Part shown: positions 1 through 10,084 of the stretch, piece by piece
Layout of the letters: every line of letters starts with the position of its first letter
Position numbering within the stretch: position 1 is the stretch's first letter
Assembly: GCF_014280195.1 (NCBI RefSeq)
Contig: NZ_CP047960.1
Location: forward strand, 1,320,001-1,352,000
Source of the DNA: Synechococcus sp. A15-24
GTDB taxonomy: Bacteria; Cyanobacteriota; Cyanobacteriia; PCC-6307; Cyanobiaceae
Direction: 5' to 3'
Length of the DNA: 32,000 bases
Notes under the pieces: generated by a model
The model's input: the letters and a program-made list of their open reading frames with translations, nothing else
Databases searched by the model: none
What the model was told of the DNA's origin: nothing
Made by a program: the position numbers and the translations under genes

Positions 1-908
1 GCGTCAGCACGCCAGTCACCCATGCGGAAACGACTGCGATTCAGGCTCAACCGATCACCGCGACAGCTCAATCCGACGGCGGATGAACGCAGGGGATCGG
101 ACAAGGTTGCATTGCGCAGTTCGAGATCGTTGACCTTCAGCTGCCCCTGGCAGCGAAAGCGGCTGGGTGTCCACTGAATCGCCAGGTCACCACCCGCTTG
201 GCCCGCCAAGCGGGTGGCATCCGGTCCTGGCAGAACGGCCTCCATTCGCGCGAGATCCAGGGATCGCAGCCGACTGCTCAGCACCAGTTCTGGGCGATCC
301 CAGCGGCCCTTAGCCTCCAGGTCAAGGCTGCCAGCCCGCCCGAGCCAACTCAGCCGCGAGATCGCCGAGAAGCGCTGCTGCGCAATGTGCACCGACCCAC
401 GACTGGTCAGTTGGATATCATCTCCAGACGGGGTGAGGCGGATCCTGGCCGGTTGAGCCAGTTCAAAGCGCAGGTCCAGATCCGGGGGGGCATCACCGCC
501 CTGTGGCACCTGTCCGAACCGCCAGTAGCGACCGTCCGCTTGGCGATCCAAGGCCACATCGAGGCCCTGCAGCTTCAGCCGCAACACCGGCTGCCATTGC
601 CGCAGGCTGGCCAGGAGATCGAGATGGACACTCAGGTCCTGGACCTTGATCGAGGAGCGATCGGTCGGTGTCGGGGCGACGGTTGTCTCACCCACGGCCA
701 CACCCCATGGCCTCAACCCCTGGTAAGGACCGATCGTGATCGGGTGCCCGAGAGCGGCACCGATGCTGCGTTCCAGTGGCCCGCGAAACGAATCGAGCAC
801 GTCCTCAGCCGTGCGATCCAGTGTCTGCACCGTCAGGACAGATCCCACACCGACAGCTGCGCTGGAGATGAGGATCAAGGATCTGGACAATCGCCGCGCT
901 TCTCGCAT
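1..908 (-). CDS. TamB/AsmA-like (DUF490, Tic236-like) translocation-assembly protein, N-terminal part; the gene runs off the left edge
   Basis: My own minus-strand translation from the ATG at 908-906 gives MREARRLSRSLILISSAAVGVGSVLTVQTLDRTAEDVLDSFRGPLERSIGAALGHPITIGPYQGLRPWGVAVGE... This is a basic N-terminus with a hydrophobic anchor, followed by a beta-rich repetitive region. I checked the first ~190 nt codon by codon; the rest was read through without noticing a stop. It is absent from the ORF track because its stop lies outside the window. The family call is from memory of cyanobacterial TamB N-termini. Confidence 0.55.
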   Translation of the reverse strand, partial: MREARRLSRSLILISSAAVGVGSVLTVQTLDRTAEDVLDSFRGPLERSIGAALGHPITIGPYQGLRPWGVAVGETTVAPTPTDRSSIKVQDLSVHLDLLASLRQWQPVLRLKLQGLDVALDRQADGRYWRFGQVPQGGDAPPDLDLRFELAQPARIRLTPSGDDIQLTSRGSVHIAQQRFSAISRLSWLGRAGSLDLEAKGRWDRPELVLSSRLRSLDLARMEAVLPGPDATRLAGQAGGDLAIQWTPSRFRCQGQLKVNDLELRNATLSDPLRSSAVGLSCRGDRLSLNRSRFRMGDWRAD

Positions 909-974
909 CGACTGCGACGATTGCCCCCAAAGCTCGCGCAATATAAGGAGACCTTTCCTTGGAGACCAGCCGCC

Positions 975-1424
975 ATGGCCCTTGATCAGCTGCTGCTCAC
1001 CGCAGCGCCCTGGCTGGCCTGGTCAGGCCTCGGACTTGGCGTGCTGACCATCGCGGCGTTTCTGGCGGGCTGGGGGCTGCGTTTTCGCCTGGTGGGCGTC
1101 AGCAGTTTCACCTTGCTGCTGGCGGTCAGCTGTTGGGCCTTTGCCCTGAGTTACTCGCCGCCGGTCGTGGTCGATGGCGCCATTCGGGTCCCTATGGTGT
1201 TCGACAACGGCAACGACCTGGTGGTGGCCCAGGTGAAGCCCGACCTGGATCCGATCACCGTTGACGCCACGCTTCAGCAATTGGCTGGCAATCTGCGCGG
1301 GTCCGGCCGTGGCAGCAATGTGGTGACGGTGCGACTGCGGGCCCTTCAACCCATCGCAGATGGTGTGAGCAAGCCCGTGATTCTCGGGGAGACAGAGCGG
1401 GACTTCCGCCGCTCCGCTTCCTGA
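975..1424 (+). CDS. Ycf51-like (DUF2518) small membrane protein
   Basis: An internal ATG at 975 lies in frame with track ORF 198..1424. From there the protein is MALDQLLLTAAPWLAWSGLGLGVLTIAAFLAGWGLRFRLVGVSSFTLLLAVSCWAFALSY..., with hydrophobic (likely transmembrane) segments and a soluble tail. The upstream 259 codons are antisense to the TamB-like gene. Confidence 0.6.
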   Translation: MALDQLLLTAAPWLAWSGLGLGVLTIAAFLAGWGLRFRLVGVSSFTLLLAVSCWAFALSYSPPVVVDGAIRVPMVFDNGNDLVVAQVKPDLDPITVDATLQQLAGNLRGSGRGSNVVTVRLRALQPIADGVSKPVILGETERDFRRSAS

Positions 1425-1437
1425 TGACGCCCTTCCG

Positions 1438-1827
1438 ATGAGACCGTTGCGTGATCTGCCCCAGTCCTTCCGACGCGAACAGCAAGAGCTCGACGAGGCA
1501 GGAATCAACGATTGGCAGCAGTTGCGGGACCTGGACGATGCTCAGCTCAGTCGCCTTGCCCGCAGCGGCCGAGCGTCCCCCCGCAATCTCAAGCGGCTGA
1601 GGGCCATCGCAGGGTTGGTGTGTGATCTCAACCTTGCCCCACCAGACGCAGCTCTTCTGATGCATGCCGGCATTGCCTCACGGGCAGCGCTCGCAGCCAC
1701 AACACCCGAACGGGTCGTCCAGCAAACGGGGCGCCTGGAACGCAGCCTCGGCACCGGCAGGCCGGCGGTGGTGGACCTGGCCACAGCCCGCCGCTGGATC
1801 CAGAGCGCCAGGCAACCGGGGAACTGA
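1438..1827 (+). CDS. DUF4332-like helix-hairpin-helix domain protein (conserved hypothetical)
   Basis: Track ORF of 129 aa. It starts 14 nt after the previous stop, and its codon usage is consistent with neighbouring genes. The family call is tentative. Confidence 0.55.
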   Translation: MRPLRDLPQSFRREQQELDEAGINDWQQLRDLDDAQLSRLARSGRASPRNLKRLRAIAGLVCDLNLAPPDAALLMHAGIASRAALAATTPERVVQQTGRLERSLGTGRPAVVDLATARRWIQSARQPGN

Positions 1828-1888
1828 CCCCTTGATCAGGCCTAGGCCTTGTGCGCTTGCTTATGAACAGATCACAGGGATATGCCCT

Positions 1889-2170
1889 ATGGACATCGGT
1901 CGGATTGTCGCCTCGCTTGTTATGTGCGGTCTCGGATGGGCCGGGTCCATCGCTGCTGCTGCGGATTCAGAGCTGCTCAACAGCGTCAAGCGCAACCCAC
2001 AACTGGCCAAAGACATGTGCAGCCGCTTCCAGGATCTGAACGCCAAGGGACAATCCGCCTACTCGAAAAAGGTGACGCGAGACATTGCCAGCGAACAGAA
2101 GCTGTCCAAGCAGGACGCCGAAGTATTGGTGACCTATGTGGTGGGCATGCACTGCCCCGATGTCCGTTGA
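1889..2170 (+). CDS. small secreted hypothetical protein
   Basis: In-frame ATG at 1889 inside track ORF 1664..2170. The product begins MDIGRIVASLVMCGLGWAGSIAAAADSELL..., which has a clear signal-peptide-like N-terminus. It is Lys-rich and has 2 Cys in the mature part. Confidence 0.55.
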   Translation: MDIGRIVASLVMCGLGWAGSIAAAADSELLNSVKRNPQLAKDMCSRFQDLNAKGQSAYSKKVTRDIASEQKLSKQDAEVLVTYVVGMHCPDVR

Positions 2171-3770
2171 ATCGTCCTTGATCAGCGCATCAGAAATCGT
2201 CGAGCACGACGCGGAGCTCCTCCTCCGGGATGGCATTCGGTTGATGGCGCGTCTCTGGCACCCCCGCAGCGGCGGACCTTGGCCAGCTCTGCTGATGCGA
2301 CAACCCTATGGACGGCGTCTGGCCTCAACCGTGACCCTGGCCCACCCCAGCTGGTGGGCACGCCAGGGATATCTGGTGGTGGTTCAGGACGTGCGGGGCC
2401 AGGGGGATTCCGAGGGAACCTTCCGTGGTTTCTCCCAGGAGGCGGATGACACCGCCCAGACCCATGACTGGGTCCGATCCTTGCCGGACTGCAACGGACG
2501 GATCGGCTGCTACGGCTTCTCGTATCAAGGGATCACACAGCTGCTGGCCCCCGCAGATTCCCCACCCCCGGACTGCCTGGCTCCAGCCATGGCGGGGCTG
2601 GATGAGCGGCGCCACTGGAGCAGCGAGGGCGGTGCCCATTGGTGGCACCTGAACCTTGGCTGGGGTCTGCAACTGGCCGCCCAGCAGGCGCGACGCCGCG
2701 GGGACTCCCACGCCTGGGAAGTGATCCGTCGAGCACTGGAGGATGCCAGCTATCTCCGGGACGGGCCTGAACTGCTGCAACGCCACGATCCCGACGGGAT
2801 GGCCTGTCGCTGGCTGGCGCAGGATCCGGCAGACGGCACCGCTTGGCGCCGCCATGACGCCCCGCAATCCTGGTTGCGCCAACCGATGTTGTTGCTGGGG
2901 GGCTGGTGGGACCCCCATCTGTTGGGAGTCCTCGATCTCTACAGGCGTTCTGAAGAGGCAGGGGGAAGGCCTGAATTGCACATCGGACCGGCCACCCATC
3001 TGCAATGGTGGCCCGAAGCCCAGACGGTGTTACTGCGCTTCTTCGATCAACACCTGAAACAGGTCCAAACCAGCCAAAGTCAGCTGCAGCTCTGGGATCT
3101 CGGCACCAAGCAATGGAGCTCCAGGCCACGGCCCAGTGCCCTCACATGGAGTCTTCAAGGGGAAGGCCTGGCCTGCCTGGATCCCGCCAGCGGCCGCCTG
3201 AACCCAAACGAAGCCGGCGCCGGCGTTGGTGAGGAGCGGATTGTTCACGACCCATGGCGCCCTGTGCAGGCCATCGGCGGTCATCTCAGCCCCTCCGCCG
3301 GCCCCGCTGATCGGCAGTCGCTGGATGCAAGGGCCGATGTGGCCACGTTCACCACAGCACCACTGGACGGTCCGTTGGAGTTAGCGGGGCAGCCTCAGCT
3401 GCAGATCCGCGCAGGAGCCGACCAACCTGGTTTCGACCTCTGCTTGGTGCTATCACTCTTGCCGCAGGGCAGTGCTGCCGTTGAGCAACTCAGCAGCGGA
3501 GTGCTTCGCGTTCTGGGGGCAGAGGCCGAGCAGATGGCCGAGCGACGGGTGCTGCTGCAACCCCTCCTGGCCACATGCTCATCCGGTGATCGTCTTCGCC
3601 TTTCGATTGCCGCTGCCGCCTGGCCAGCCATCGGAGTGAATCCCGGCACACCGGAGCATCCCTGCAGTGCCCCCAGCGTCAACCATCGTGTGGTGACGAT
3701 GACACTGGACCTTGCTGGCTCGATGCTCAGCCTGAACCCGTTCAACTCCGGCAGACTGAGCCTCGATTAA
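2160..3770 (+). CDS. CocE/NonD family alpha/beta hydrolase (X-Pro dipeptidyl-peptidase-like)
   Basis: Track ORF 2136..3770. It contains the family-typical run RLWHP...PALLMRQPYGRR...WWARQGYLVVVQDVRGQGDSEG and the nucleophile elbow GFSYQG. The start is either ATG 2160 or ATG 2136, and both overlap the upstream gene. Confidence 0.85.
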   Translation: MSVESSLISASEIVEHDAELLLRDGIRLMARLWHPRSGGPWPALLMRQPYGRRLASTVTLAHPSWWARQGYLVVVQDVRGQGDSEGTFRGFSQEADDTAQTHDWVRSLPDCNGRIGCYGFSYQGITQLLAPADSPPPDCLAPAMAGLDERRHWSSEGGAHWWHLNLGWGLQLAAQQARRRGDSHAWEVIRRALEDASYLRDGPELLQRHDPDGMACRWLAQDPADGTAWRRHDAPQSWLRQPMLLLGGWWDPHLLGVLDLYRRSEEAGGRPELHIGPATHLQWWPEAQTVLLRFFDQHLKQVQTSQSQLQLWDLGTKQWSSRPRPSALTWSLQGEGLACLDPASGRLNPNEAGAGVGEERIVHDPWRPVQAIGGHLSPSAGPADRQSLDARADVATFTTAPLDGPLELAGQPQLQIRAGADQPGFDLCLVLSLLPQGSAAVEQLSSGVLRVLGAEAEQMAERRVLLQPLLATCSSGDRLRLSIAAAAWPAIGVNPGTPEHPCSAPSVNHRVVTMTLDLAGSMLSLNPFNSGRLSLD

Positions 3771-3905
3771 TCGATCGCGCCGTGAAGCTTTCCGCTGCCC
3801 TGCTGGCCAGCACCCATTGGACTGACCATCACGGCCGCTGCGCCCACCCAGGCCCAGACCGCCACCACCGAGCTGAGCACGGCCCAGGCCACGCAGGTCT
3901 CAGAA

Positions 3906-4490
3906 ATGCTGCTCAGGGCTCTGCGTCAACGCCAGGCCTCGGTGTTGCACCAAACCCTGACGGACAGCGTCCGCAGCAGCATCACGGTGGAGCAGGTGCA
4001 GAAGCGCCTTGATCAACGCACAGCCATTAAAAGCAGCAGGGTTGTCGGCGTATTACCTGAGTATCGCACCACCACCGTTGACGCTGTCGTTACAAGAGCG
4101 GCAGGGGAGGAGCCCCTGCTGATCGTGCTGGACGATGACGGCAAGCTGCTGGCCTGGAAATGGACCGATCAGGTTCAAGCCATCGAAACCACAGCCCTTG
4201 CTTTCGTCAAAGATCTGGCGGATGGAAAGTGGCTGATGGCCCGCAGTAAGTTGTCCTTGGATCTGCAGAAGGACCTGGCGCCAACCGATCTGCAGCGCAA
4301 ATGGAGAAAGCTTGCCAGTGTCTCTGGCGGTTTCCGCAAGATCAAGGATGCCGTGATCGCCAGCCAGGACGGGAATCAGCAACTGGTGCTGGTGGCGGTG
4401 GAGTTCGGTAAGGCCACCTCCAACCTGTTCGTGATCTTTGACGATCGTGGACGGATCATCAACGTCGACATCTCCCGCGACTTCGTCTGA
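3906..4490 (+). CDS. DUF3887-like protein; probably the mature part of a secreted protein whose signal peptide lies in another frame (see finding)
   Basis: Track ORF of 194 aa. The same frame stays open and protein-like upstream to a stop codon at 3783-3785 (PIGLTITAAAPTQAQTATTELSTAQATQVSE) but has no ATG, GTG or TTG there. Confidence 0.6.
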   Translation: MLLRALRQRQASVLHQTLTDSVRSSITVEQVQKRLDQRTAIKSSRVVGVLPEYRTTTVDAVVTRAAGEEPLLIVLDDDGKLLAWKWTDQVQAIETTALAFVKDLADGKWLMARSKLSLDLQKDLAPTDLQRKWRKLASVSGGFRKIKDAVIASQDGNQQLVLVAVEFGKATSNLFVIFDDRGRIINVDISRDFV

Positions 4491-4497
4491 TTCGGCA

Positions 4498-4522
4498 GCG
4501 GAATCAACGAAAAATTCCGCTT
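4498..4522 (+). terminator. terminator-like hairpin after the DUF3887-like gene
   Basis: GCGGAAT-caacgaaaa-ATTCCGC forms a 7-bp perfect stem and is followed by TT only, so the U-tract is weak. Confidence 0.35.
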
Positions 4523-4550
4523 AACATCGCGCCCACTTCACAGCTCTTCC

Positions 4551-6878
4551 ATGGGTGGCGCGGCAGTCCTCGACTGGATGGTTCAGGACGGCGAACGTCT
4601 CGCGAACTGTCGGCATGACCACCCGTTCGCGATCCTCGGCCCGCAACCAAGCGATGCGGGCTGGACCGTTCGGGTGTGGATGCCGGAAGCCCACAGCGTG
4701 ACGCTGCTGGAGGGCGGTCGGGAAACAGCGATGACCGCTCCCAATCACCCCTGGGTGTTTGAAACAACGCTCAGCCACGACCCCGGCAGCAACTACAGGG
4801 TGCGGGTCGAGCGCGGCGGAATCACCCACGAACAGCACGACCCCTGGGCGTTCCGGGATGACTGGATGGGCGACATGGATCGCCACTTGTTTGCCCAGGG
4901 CAATCACCACCACATCTGGCAACGGATGGGCGCCCACCTCACGCAGCGTGATGGCATCTCCGGTGTGATGTTCTGCCTTTGGGCACCGCATGCCCTGAGC
5001 GTGTCGATCCTGGGTGATCTCAACTCCTGGGATGGCCGTCACCACCCCATGCAGCAGCGCATGGGGGGGATCTGGGAACTTTTCATCCCAGGTTTGGCTG
5101 AAGGGTCTCTCTACAATTACGAAATCCGCACCCAGGGCGGGCACTGCTATCAAAAAGCCGACCCCTACGGCTTCCAGCACGAGGTTCGCCCGGACAACAG
5201 TTCAGTGGTGGCTCGCCTCGAGGGCTTCCAATGGTCGGACGGCACCTGGATGCAGCGGCGCGACAGCAGCAATCCACTGGAGCAGCCCATCTCCGTTTAC
5301 GAGATTCATCTCGGCAGCTGGATCCATGCCAGCGCCGACGAACCCTGGATTCAGCCCGATGGCACCCCGCGAGCCCCGGTGCCCGCTGCCGACATGAAGC
5401 CCGGCGCTCGGCTGCTCACCTACGCCGAGCTGGCGGATCGCCTGATCCCCTACGTCAAGGAACGGGGATTCACCCACATCGAACTGATGCCCATCACCGA
5501 GCATCCCTTCGATGGCTCCTGGGGTTATCAGGTCACCGGCTGGTACGCCCCCACCAGCCGCTACGGCACCCCGGATGAATTCCGGGCCTTTGTTGATCGC
5601 TGCCACGCCGAAGGCATCGGCGTCATCATCGACTGGGTGCCTGGCCACTTCCCCAAGGATGCCCATGGCCTGGCCTTCTTCGACGGCACACACCTCTACG
5701 AACACGGCGATCCGCGCATCGGTGAGCACAAAGAGTGGGGAACGCTGATCTTCAACTACAGCCGCAACGAGGTTCGTAACTTCCTGGTTGCCAATCTGGT
5801 GTTCTGGTTCGAACAGTTTCACATCGACGGCATCCGCGTTGATGCGGTGGCCTCAATGCTTTATCGCGACTATCTGCGTCCAGATGGTGAATGGCTGGCT
5901 AACGAGCATGGCGGCAGAGAAAACACGGAAGCCGTCAAGTTCCTGCAACAGGCGAATCATGTGCTGTTCCAGCACTTCCCCGGGGCGCTGTCGATCGCGG
6001 AAGAATCCACCACCTGGCCGATGGTGACCCAACCCACGGAGATGGGTGGCCTGGGATTCAACCTGAAATGGAACATGGGTTGGATGCACGACATGCTCGA
6101 TTACTTCGAGCTGGATCCCTGGTTCCGTCAGTTCCACCAGAACAACATCACCTTCTCGATCTGGTACACCTACACAGAAAACTTCATGCTGGCGCTCAGC
6201 CACGACGAAGTGGTGCATGGGAAAAGCCATCTTCTCCACAAGATGCCAGGTGACGACTGGCAGAAATACGCCAACACCCGAGCACTGCTGGCCTACATGT
6301 GGACCCATCCCGGCAAGAAAACCATCTTCATGGGGATGGAATTCGGCCAGCGCGCTGAATGGAATGTCTGGGGAGATCTGCAATGGGATCTGCTCAATTA
6401 CGAACCGCATAAGGGCATCCAGCTGCTGGTGGATGACCTCAACACGCTGTACAAAGCTGAGCCGGCCCTCTGGCGTGACGACTTCGACCAGTTCGGATTC
6501 CAGTGGATTGATTGCAATGACAACCGTCATTCCGTGATCAGTTTCATGCGGCGTGAAAGCAGCAGTGGCACCTGGCTTGTGGTGGTGGCCAACTTCACAC
6601 CACAGAGCCATTCCAATTACAAGGTCGGTGTTCCGCTGGCGGGCTTCTACGAGGAGATCTTCAACACCGATGCAGCCCGTTATGGCGGCGGCAACCTCGG
6701 CAACATGGGCGGCAAGCCAACCGATGAATGGAGCATCCACGGCTACGAGAACTCCCTGGATCTCTGCCTTCCTCCCCTCAGTCTCCTGGTGTTCCGCCAC
6801 GACCCCAAGCGCAGCCTCCAAGCGGCTTCAGCATCAGCCTGTGACAAAGCAGATGACGAAACCGCTGACACCAATTAG
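4551..6878 (+). CDS. glgB: 1,4-alpha-glucan branching enzyme
   Basis: 775 aa ORF with GH13 branching-enzyme signatures: [70 protein letters not shown]. Confidence 0.97.
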   Translation: MGGAAVLDWMVQDGERLANCRHDHPFAILGPQPSDAGWTVRVWMPEAHSVTLLEGGRETAMTAPNHPWVFETTLSHDPGSNYRVRVERGGITHEQHDPWAFRDDWMGDMDRHLFAQGNHHHIWQRMGAHLTQRDGISGVMFCLWAPHALSVSILGDLNSWDGRHHPMQQRMGGIWELFIPGLAEGSLYNYEIRTQGGHCYQKADPYGFQHEVRPDNSSVVARLEGFQWSDGTWMQRRDSSNPLEQPISVYEIHLGSWIHASADEPWIQPDGTPRAPVPAADMKPGARLLTYAELADRLIPYVKERGFTHIELMPITEHPFDGSWGYQVTGWYAPTSRYGTPDEFRAFVDRCHAEGIGVIIDWVPGHFPKDAHGLAFFDGTHLYEHGDPRIGEHKEWGTLIFNYSRNEVRNFLVANLVFWFEQFHIDGIRVDAVASMLYRDYLRPDGEWLANEHGGRENTEAVKFLQQANHVLFQHFPGALSIAEESTTWPMVTQPTEMGGLGFNLKWNMGWMHDMLDYFELDPWFRQFHQNNITFSIWYTYTENFMLALSHDEVVHGKSHLLHKMPGDDWQKYANTRALLAYMWTHPGKKTIFMGMEFGQRAEWNVWGDLQWDLLNYEPHKGIQLLVDDLNTLYKAEPALWRDDFDQFGFQWIDCNDNRHSVISFMRRESSSGTWLVVVANFTPQSHSNYKVGVPLAGFYEEIFNTDAARYGGGNLGNMGGKPTDEWSIHGYENSLDLCLPPLSLLVFRHDPKRSLQAASASACDKADDETADTN

Positions 6879-6892
6879 CCAAACACGGAACT

Positions 6893-6920
6893 CAGGTAGG
6901 TTTCCGGCTTACCTGATTTC
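6893..6920 (+). terminator. weak terminator-like hairpin after glgB
   Basis: CAGGTA-(11 nt)-TACCTG followed by ATTTC. The stem is short, so support is low. Confidence 0.3.
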
Positions 6921-6926
6921 GGCTTG

Positions 6927-7985
6927 ATGCGCGACACTCTGCCCCTGCTTCTGCGTGCAGCCCGCGGTGAAGCGGTGGAGCGTCCTCCGGTCTGGATGAT
7001 GCGTCAGGCCGGGCGTTACATGAAGATCTACCGGGATCTGCGCGATAAGTACCCCAGCTTTCGCGAACGCTCCGAAAACCCTGATCTCTCCTATGAGATC
7101 TCCATGCAACCGTTTCACGCCTTCAAGCCGGACGGCGTGATCCTGTTCTCCGACATCCTCACGCCGCTGCCGGGGATGGGAATCGATTTCGACATCATCG
7201 AAAGCAAGGGCCCGCAGATCGGTGATCCGATCCGCTCCATGGATCAGGTGAACGCCCTGCGCCCGCTGAACCCCAGCGAGTCGATGCCATTTGTTGGTGA
7301 GGTGCTGGGACGGCTGCGCCAAAGCGTCGGCAACGAGGCAGCTGTGCTCGGTTTTGTCGGCGCACCCTGGACCTTGGCGGCCTATGTCGTGGAAGGCAAA
7401 AGCAGCAAGAACTACGCGGTGATCAAGGCCATGGCCTTCCGCGAACCAGAGCTGCTGCACAAACTGCTCGACCACTTCGCCGAGTCGATCGCCAACTACC
7501 TGCGCTATCAGATTGATTCCGGCGCTCAGGTCGTCCAGATGTTCGACTCCTGGGCCGGACAACTCAGTCCTGCCGATTACGACACCTTCGCCGCGCCATA
7601 CCAGAAGAAGGTGGTGGATCTGGTCAAGCAGACCCATCCCGATACCCCCTTCATCCTGTACATCTCCGGCAGTGCCGGCGTCCTTGAACGGATGGCCACC
7701 ACAGGGGTGGACATCATTTCTCTGGACTGGACCGTGGACATGGCTGAAGCTCTGGCCCGCTTGCCAAAGCACATCGGTGTTCAAGGCAACGTTGATCCGG
7801 GTCTGCTGTTCGGAACGCCGGACGCGATCGAGGCCCGTATTGACGACTGCGTGCGCAAGGCCCGCGGCAGGAAGCACATCCTCAACCTGGGCCACGGCAT
7901 CCTGCCGGGGACGCCTGAGGAAAACGGCGCCGCCTTCTTCCGCTCCGGCAAGAGCGTGATCGACCGCATCGGGGCCGTCGCTTGA
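6927..7985 (+). CDS. hemE: uroporphyrinogen decarboxylase
   Basis: [32 protein letters not shown]... is the canonical HemE N-terminal motif (PVWxMRQAGRY). The ATG at 6927 lies one codon inside the track start at 6924 (TTG). Confidence 0.96.
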   Translation: MRDTLPLLLRAARGEAVERPPVWMMRQAGRYMKIYRDLRDKYPSFRERSENPDLSYEISMQPFHAFKPDGVILFSDILTPLPGMGIDFDIIESKGPQIGDPIRSMDQVNALRPLNPSESMPFVGEVLGRLRQSVGNEAAVLGFVGAPWTLAAYVVEGKSSKNYAVIKAMAFREPELLHKLLDHFAESIANYLRYQIDSGAQVVQMFDSWAGQLSPADYDTFAAPYQKKVVDLVKQTHPDTPFILYISGSAGVLERMATTGVDIISLDWTVDMAEALARLPKHIGVQGNVDPGLLFGTPDAIEARIDDCVRKARGRKHILNLGHGILPGTPEENGAAFFRSGKSVIDRIGAVA

Positions 7986-9001
7986 CCCGGATCCTGGTCA
8001 CTGGCGCCAGCGGCTGCGTCGGTCAATACATCTCTCACTGGCTGCTGCAGCACTCCGATGCGGAGTTGCTGCTCTGGCTGAGAGACCCGTCCAAACTCAC
8101 TGCAGTTCCGGCAGACCATCCCCGGGTCCGGCTGTTGGTGGGTGACCTGCGGGACACGGATCGGTTTGTAGCGGAACTGGCAACGGTGAACCGTGTGATT
8201 CACACCGCCACCGCATGGGGAGATCCCGAACGGGCGGAGCAGGTGAATGTGGTGGCCGTGAAGCGTCTGCTGCAACTGCTCAATCCCCTGGTGGTGGAGC
8301 AGATCATCTACTTCTCAACGGCCAGCATCCTGGACCGTGACCTCAGGCCCTTGCCGGAGGCTCAAGCCTACGGCACCGAATACATCCAAACCAAGGCTCG
8401 GTGTTTGGAGCAACTGGAGCAGCATCCGTTGGCGGCCAAGATCATTGCCGTGTTTCCAACCCTCGTGTTCGGTGGCCGCGTGGATGGCACCAGCCCGTAC
8501 CCCACCAGCTATCTCACGGAAGGCCTGGCGGAAGCGAGTCGATGGCTCTGGCTGGCCCGCTGGCTGCGGGCCGACGCCAGCTTCCACTTCATCCATGCGG
8601 AGGACATCGCCCGGATCTGCGGTCAGTTCGCCACACGGTCCCATGCACCGAACCGTGAACCTGGCCAAGGGGCCCTTCGCCGGGTAGTGATGGGACAGCA
8701 GTCGATCAGCGTTGACGATGCCGTGGCGACCCTCTGCCGGTGGCGCGGGGTGGGCCGGACACCGGGAATCCCCCTCTGGGCCTGGCTGATCGAAACCCTG
8801 ATCAAGATCCTGCCGATCGAGGTGAATGCCTGGGATCGCTTCAGCATCCGTCAACGCCACTTCATCCATGACCCGGTGAGCGCTCCCGAGCGCTTCGGGG
8901 GAGAAAGCCATGCCCCCACCCTGGAAACAGTTCTTAGCGATTCCGGCCTACCCAACCGCGGCAGCACCAGAACCCAGCGTAAAGTCTCTCCAACGACTTA
9001 A
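7982..9001 (+). CDS. NAD(P)-dependent epimerase/dehydratase (SDR) family protein
   Basis: The N-terminal Rossmann motif is [12 protein letters not shown]. The TTG start overlaps the hemE stop (cTTGA). Confidence 0.8.
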   Translation: MTRILVTGASGCVGQYISHWLLQHSDAELLLWLRDPSKLTAVPADHPRVRLLVGDLRDTDRFVAELATVNRVIHTATAWGDPERAEQVNVVAVKRLLQLLNPLVVEQIIYFSTASILDRDLRPLPEAQAYGTEYIQTKARCLEQLEQHPLAAKIIAVFPTLVFGGRVDGTSPYPTSYLTEGLAEASRWLWLARWLRADASFHFIHAEDIARICGQFATRSHAPNREPGQGALRRVVMGQQSISVDDAVATLCRWRGVGRTPGIPLWAWLIETLIKILPIEVNAWDRFSIRQRHFIHDPVSAPERFGGESHAPTLETVLSDSGLPNRGSTRTQRKVSPTT

Positions 9002-9008
9002 TACATTC

Positions 9009-9368
9009 ATGCGGTCCGTCCTTCGCACCCTTGCAGCTGCATGCTGCGCCCTCCTGATGCTGATCGGCTTGAACGTCGGTACTGCACAGGCCGCCACTGT
9101 CGAAGTCAAGCTCGGCACCGACTCCGGCATGCTCGCCTTCGAACCCGCCACCGTCACCATCAAGGCCGGTGACACCGTCAAGTTCGTCAACAACAAGCTT
9201 GCTCCCCACAACGCCGTGTTCGACGGCCACGACGAGTACAGCCACGGCGATCTGGCCTTCAACCCCGGTGAGTCCTGGGAAGAGACCTTCAGTGAAGCTG
9301 GCACCTTTGACTACTACTGCGAGCCCCACCGTGGTGCAGGCATGGTCGGCAAAGTGATCGTCGAGTGA
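9009..9368 (+). CDS. petE: plastocyanin precursor
   Basis: In-frame ATG at 9009 of track ORF 8910..9368. The product has a signal peptide ending TAQA|A. Type-1 copper ligands are present in PHNAVFD and in [17 protein letters not shown] (Cys-x2-His-x4-Met). Confidence 0.95.
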   Translation: MRSVLRTLAAACCALLMLIGLNVGTAQAATVEVKLGTDSGMLAFEPATVTIKAGDTVKFVNNKLAPHNAVFDGHDEYSHGDLAFNPGESWEETFSEAGTFDYYCEPHRGAGMVGKVIVE

Positions 9369-9410
9369 TCCGTTAATTCTTTGCTCAGTCCCCAGGGTTG
9401 AGCGATCAAA

Positions 9411-9449
9411 AACCCCGGGCTGTGTTTCAAACACGGTCCGGGGTTCTTT
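9411..9449 (+). terminator. Rho-independent terminator of petE
   Basis: AACCCCGG...CCGGGGTT forms the outer stem, with an inner TGTGTTT-C-AAACACG stem. It is followed by CTTTC ATTT. Confidence 0.75.
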
Positions 9450-9495
9450 CATTTGTCGGAAGCGATCGATAGCTTGGAGCATCAAACGACGCTCG

Positions 9496-9852
9496 ATGGT
9501 GAGACTTGCCGGCTTGTTGCTGATGTTGCTTGCCCTGATCGGGCCGGTGCTGGTTCCGATTCCTGCGTATGCTCTCGAGGGCGCAGTGATTGAGCAGGGG
9601 GAGCAGATCTTCAGCAGCAACTGTGCGGCCTGCCATATGGGGGGCGGCAATGTGATCCGGGCCAATCGCAGCCTGAAAATCCGGGATCTCAATGCCCATC
9701 TGGAGGAATATCAGCAGGATCCCCTGGAAGCGATCGAACACCAGATTGAAGCTGGCAAGAATGCGATGCCTTCTTACGAAGGCAAACTCAGCGAAGCCGA
9801 GATCATCGCTGTGGCCACCTATGTGGAACAGCAAGCTGAACTGGGCTGGTGA
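9496..9852 (+). CDS. petJ: cytochrome c6 precursor
   Basis: The product has a signal peptide, the heme site CAACHMGGGN, and GKNAMPSYEGKLSEAEIIAVATYV, with Met in NAMP as the axial ligand. This is the classical c6 pattern. Confidence 0.9.
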   Translation: MVRLAGLLLMLLALIGPVLVPIPAYALEGAVIEQGEQIFSSNCAACHMGGGNVIRANRSLKIRDLNAHLEEYQQDPLEAIEHQIEAGKNAMPSYEGKLSEAEIIAVATYVEQQAELGW

Positions 9853-9856
9853 GGCG

Positions 9857-10084
9857 ATGAGCCGAGAAGCGCTCAGCGATTTTCTACGGGCCGTTGAGCG
9901 CCATCAGCCGCTACGACGCGAGGTGTCAGCCTGTCGCAACAATGCGGAACTGATTGAGTTGGCCCGCAGCCATGGCTTTGCGTTGCACCGAGCCGATCTG
10001 CAAAGCGACGCTGCCGACAGTCGCATAGGACGTTGGTTCCAAACCAGCAGACTCAACCCACCCTTCCGTTCACCGACGTCCTGA
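9857..10084 (+). CDS. Nif11-domain protein (no GG cleavage motif)
   Basis: In-frame ATG at 9857 of track ORF 9692..10084. MSREALSDFLRAVERHQPLRREVSACRNNAELIELARSHGFALHRADL matches the Nif11 N-terminal pattern (M-S-x-E-x-L-x-x-F-(I/L)...(I/L)-x-(I/L)-A-(K/R)-x-x-G-F-x-(I/L)). The gene starts 4 nt after the petJ stop. Confidence 0.7.
   Translation: MSREALSDFLRAVERHQPLRREVSACRNNAELIELARSHGFALHRADLQSDAADSRIGRWFQTSRLNPPFRSPTS

Noticed and set aside
198-974. The 5' two-thirds of the 408-aa track ORF 198..1424.
   Set aside because: This part is Arg/Gln/Pro/His-rich and lies exactly antisense to a much more protein-like minus-strand frame (the TamB-like gene starting at 908). Only the part from ATG 975 looks like a real (Ycf51-like) gene.
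1838-1849. The 12-bp palindrome AGGCCTAGGCCT in the gap after the DUF4332-like gene.
   Set aside because: It is too short, cannot form a stable hairpin (2-nt loop), and has no second copy in the window. I cannot assign a function.
4521-6821. Minus-strand ORFs 4521..5180, 5202..5822 and 5853..6821, opposite glgB.
   Set aside because: They are antisense to a fully recognisable GH13 branching enzyme. They have low-complexity composition and no family signatures.
6909-7895. A 328-aa minus-strand ORF opposite hemE.
   Set aside because: It is antisense to canonical HemE and is a GC-driven open frame.
8934-9692. A 252-aa minus-strand ORF across petE, its terminator and the petJ 5' end.
   Set aside because: It spans a clear terminator hairpin and is antisense to two canonical electron-carrier genes.
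9857-10084. The Nif11-domain gene as a prochlorosin-type lanthipeptide (RiPP) precursor.
   Set aside because: It has no GG/GA leader cleavage motif and no Cys in the C-terminal 13 residues. No LanM/ProcM, radical-SAM or C39-peptidase ABC transporter gene occurs anywhere in the window.
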